Source of the DNA: Hemiscyllium ocellatum
Lineage: Eukaryota
DNA length: 64,000 nt
NCBI RefSeq assembly: GCF_020745735.1
Contig: NC_083418.1
Location: 6,111,374-6,175,373 of the forward strand
Direction of reading: 5' to 3'
Position numbers and translations under genes: made by a program. Under the pieces are notes generated by a model that saw nothing but the letters and a program-made list of their open reading frames with translations, did not search any database and was not told where the DNA came from. Shown in pieces: positions 62,801-64,000 of this stretch (positions are counted from its first letter, which is position 1; every line of letters begins with the position of its first letter).

Positions 62801-64000
62801 TTGTGCTTGACACTTTGAAGGAATGAGAGTCGCTCCACTCTTTGAATTAACAGGTACAGTTTAGTTCATGGGGTGAATGTGTGCAGTTTGATTGAGACAA
62901 TGTGTCAAGCTTGTGACATTGAACGAATGAGAGCAGCTCTACTTATTGAATTGACAAGTACAGCCTCTTTCATTGAATGAACGTGTGCAGTTTGATTCAC
63001 TAACCTGAGTGAGATAGGTTTGTTCCATTGAAACGAGGAACAAGGTTGGATACATTGAATCAGTGCTTGTAGTTTGATTCAATGATTCAATGAATGCAGC
63101 TTGCTTCATTGAATGAAAGCGTTAATCGTGACAGACTGAAAGAATGAGAGAAGCTCTACTCAGTGAATTAAGACCTGCAGTCTGTATCATTCAACTGAAC
63201 GAGTGCAGTTTATTTCATTGAATGAACGAGTGCAGTACGATTGACTAAACAAGTAGATCACAAAATGTTTGTTCCATTGAAACAATGAATACGGTTTGAT
63301 TCATTGAATCAATTCAATGATTTAATGAATACAGTTTGTATAATTGAATGAAAGCGTTGTGCTTGACACTTTGAAGAAATGAGAGACCCTCCATTCATTG
63401 AATCAACAGGTGCAGTTTAGTTCATGGAGGGAATGTGTGCAGTTTGATTGAGACAATGTGTGAAGCTTGTGACATTGAACGAATGAGAGCAGCTCTGCTT
63501 ATTGAATTTACAAGTACAACCTCTTTCATTGAATGAACGTGTGCAGTTTGATTCACTAACCTGAGTGAGTTAGGTTTGTTCCAGGGAAACAAGGAATAAG
63601 GTTTGATTCATTGAATCAGTGATTGTAGTTTGATTCAATGATTCAATGAATGCATCTTGCTTCTTTGAATGAAAACATGAGGCTTGACCCATTGAATGCA
63701 TGAGAGAAGCTCAATTCATTGAATTTAGTTCTGCAGTCTCTATCAATTGGTGCAGTTTGTTTCATTGAATGAACGAGTGCAGTAGGATTCACTAAACAAT
63801 TGAATCACGAAATATTTGTTTCATTGAAACAAGGATTCTGGTTTGACTCATTGAATCAATTCAATGACTTAATGAATGCAGTTTGTAGAAAAGATTGATA
63901 GCATTGTGCTTGACACTTTGAAGGATTGAGAGAAGCTCCACTCATTGAACTAACAGGTGCAGTCTAATTAATGGGGAGAAGTGTGCAGTTTGTTTGAGAC
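44885..64000. repeat. Tandem satellite array, monomer about 545-556 bp, at least 34 monomers, running off the window end
   Basis: The anchor (g/a)ttgtgcttgacactttgaa occurs 35 times from 44956 to 63903 at 536-556 bp spacing, with outliers of 516 and 796 bp. Confidence 0.98.

Noticed and set aside
44885-64000. Satellite-derived ORFs (47724, 48304, 53504, 54592, 61212) and a CRISPR-like appearance
   Set aside because: ORFs are repeated translations of the monomer; there are no unique spacers or cas genes and the DNA is vertebrate.

Overview
AT-rich vertebrate genomic DNA, almost certainly from a shark. The Ig heavy-chain cluster organisation, HE1-type SINEs and CR1 LINEs support this; a carpet shark (Orectolobiformes) is my inference only. 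The window has three zones. (1) 1693-33799 is a 32.1-kb palindrome in which position x pairs with 35492-x. Each 15.5-kb arm holds one elasmobranch IgM-type cluster (leader-VH-D1-D2-JH and a 9.6-kb J-C intron), and the two copies converge tail-to-tail on Cmu1. Both VH copies share the same lesions: a 2-nt frameshift, an in-frame TAA and a CAC>CAT heptamer. Cmu2-Cmu4 and TM exons are absent, so this is a duplicated pseudo-cluster. The roughly 1-kb centre is asymmetric: truncated Cmu1 (+), a CR1 endonuclease fragment, near-complete Cmu1 (-), and 232 bp present in one arm only. This resembles an inverted-duplication/deletion made by template switching. (2) 33800-44900 is retroelement-rich (CR1, Penelope-like, SINE) and contains an older, diverged inverted repeat. 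Hairpin elements here and in the J-C intron carry minimal hammerhead-ribozyme motifs. (3) About 44900-64000 is a tandem satellite of roughly 550-bp monomers (35 anchors counted) with internal subrepeats and higher-order blocks. No intact protein-coding gene is supported. All comparisons were made by eye and an assembly artefact for the palindrome is not excluded.
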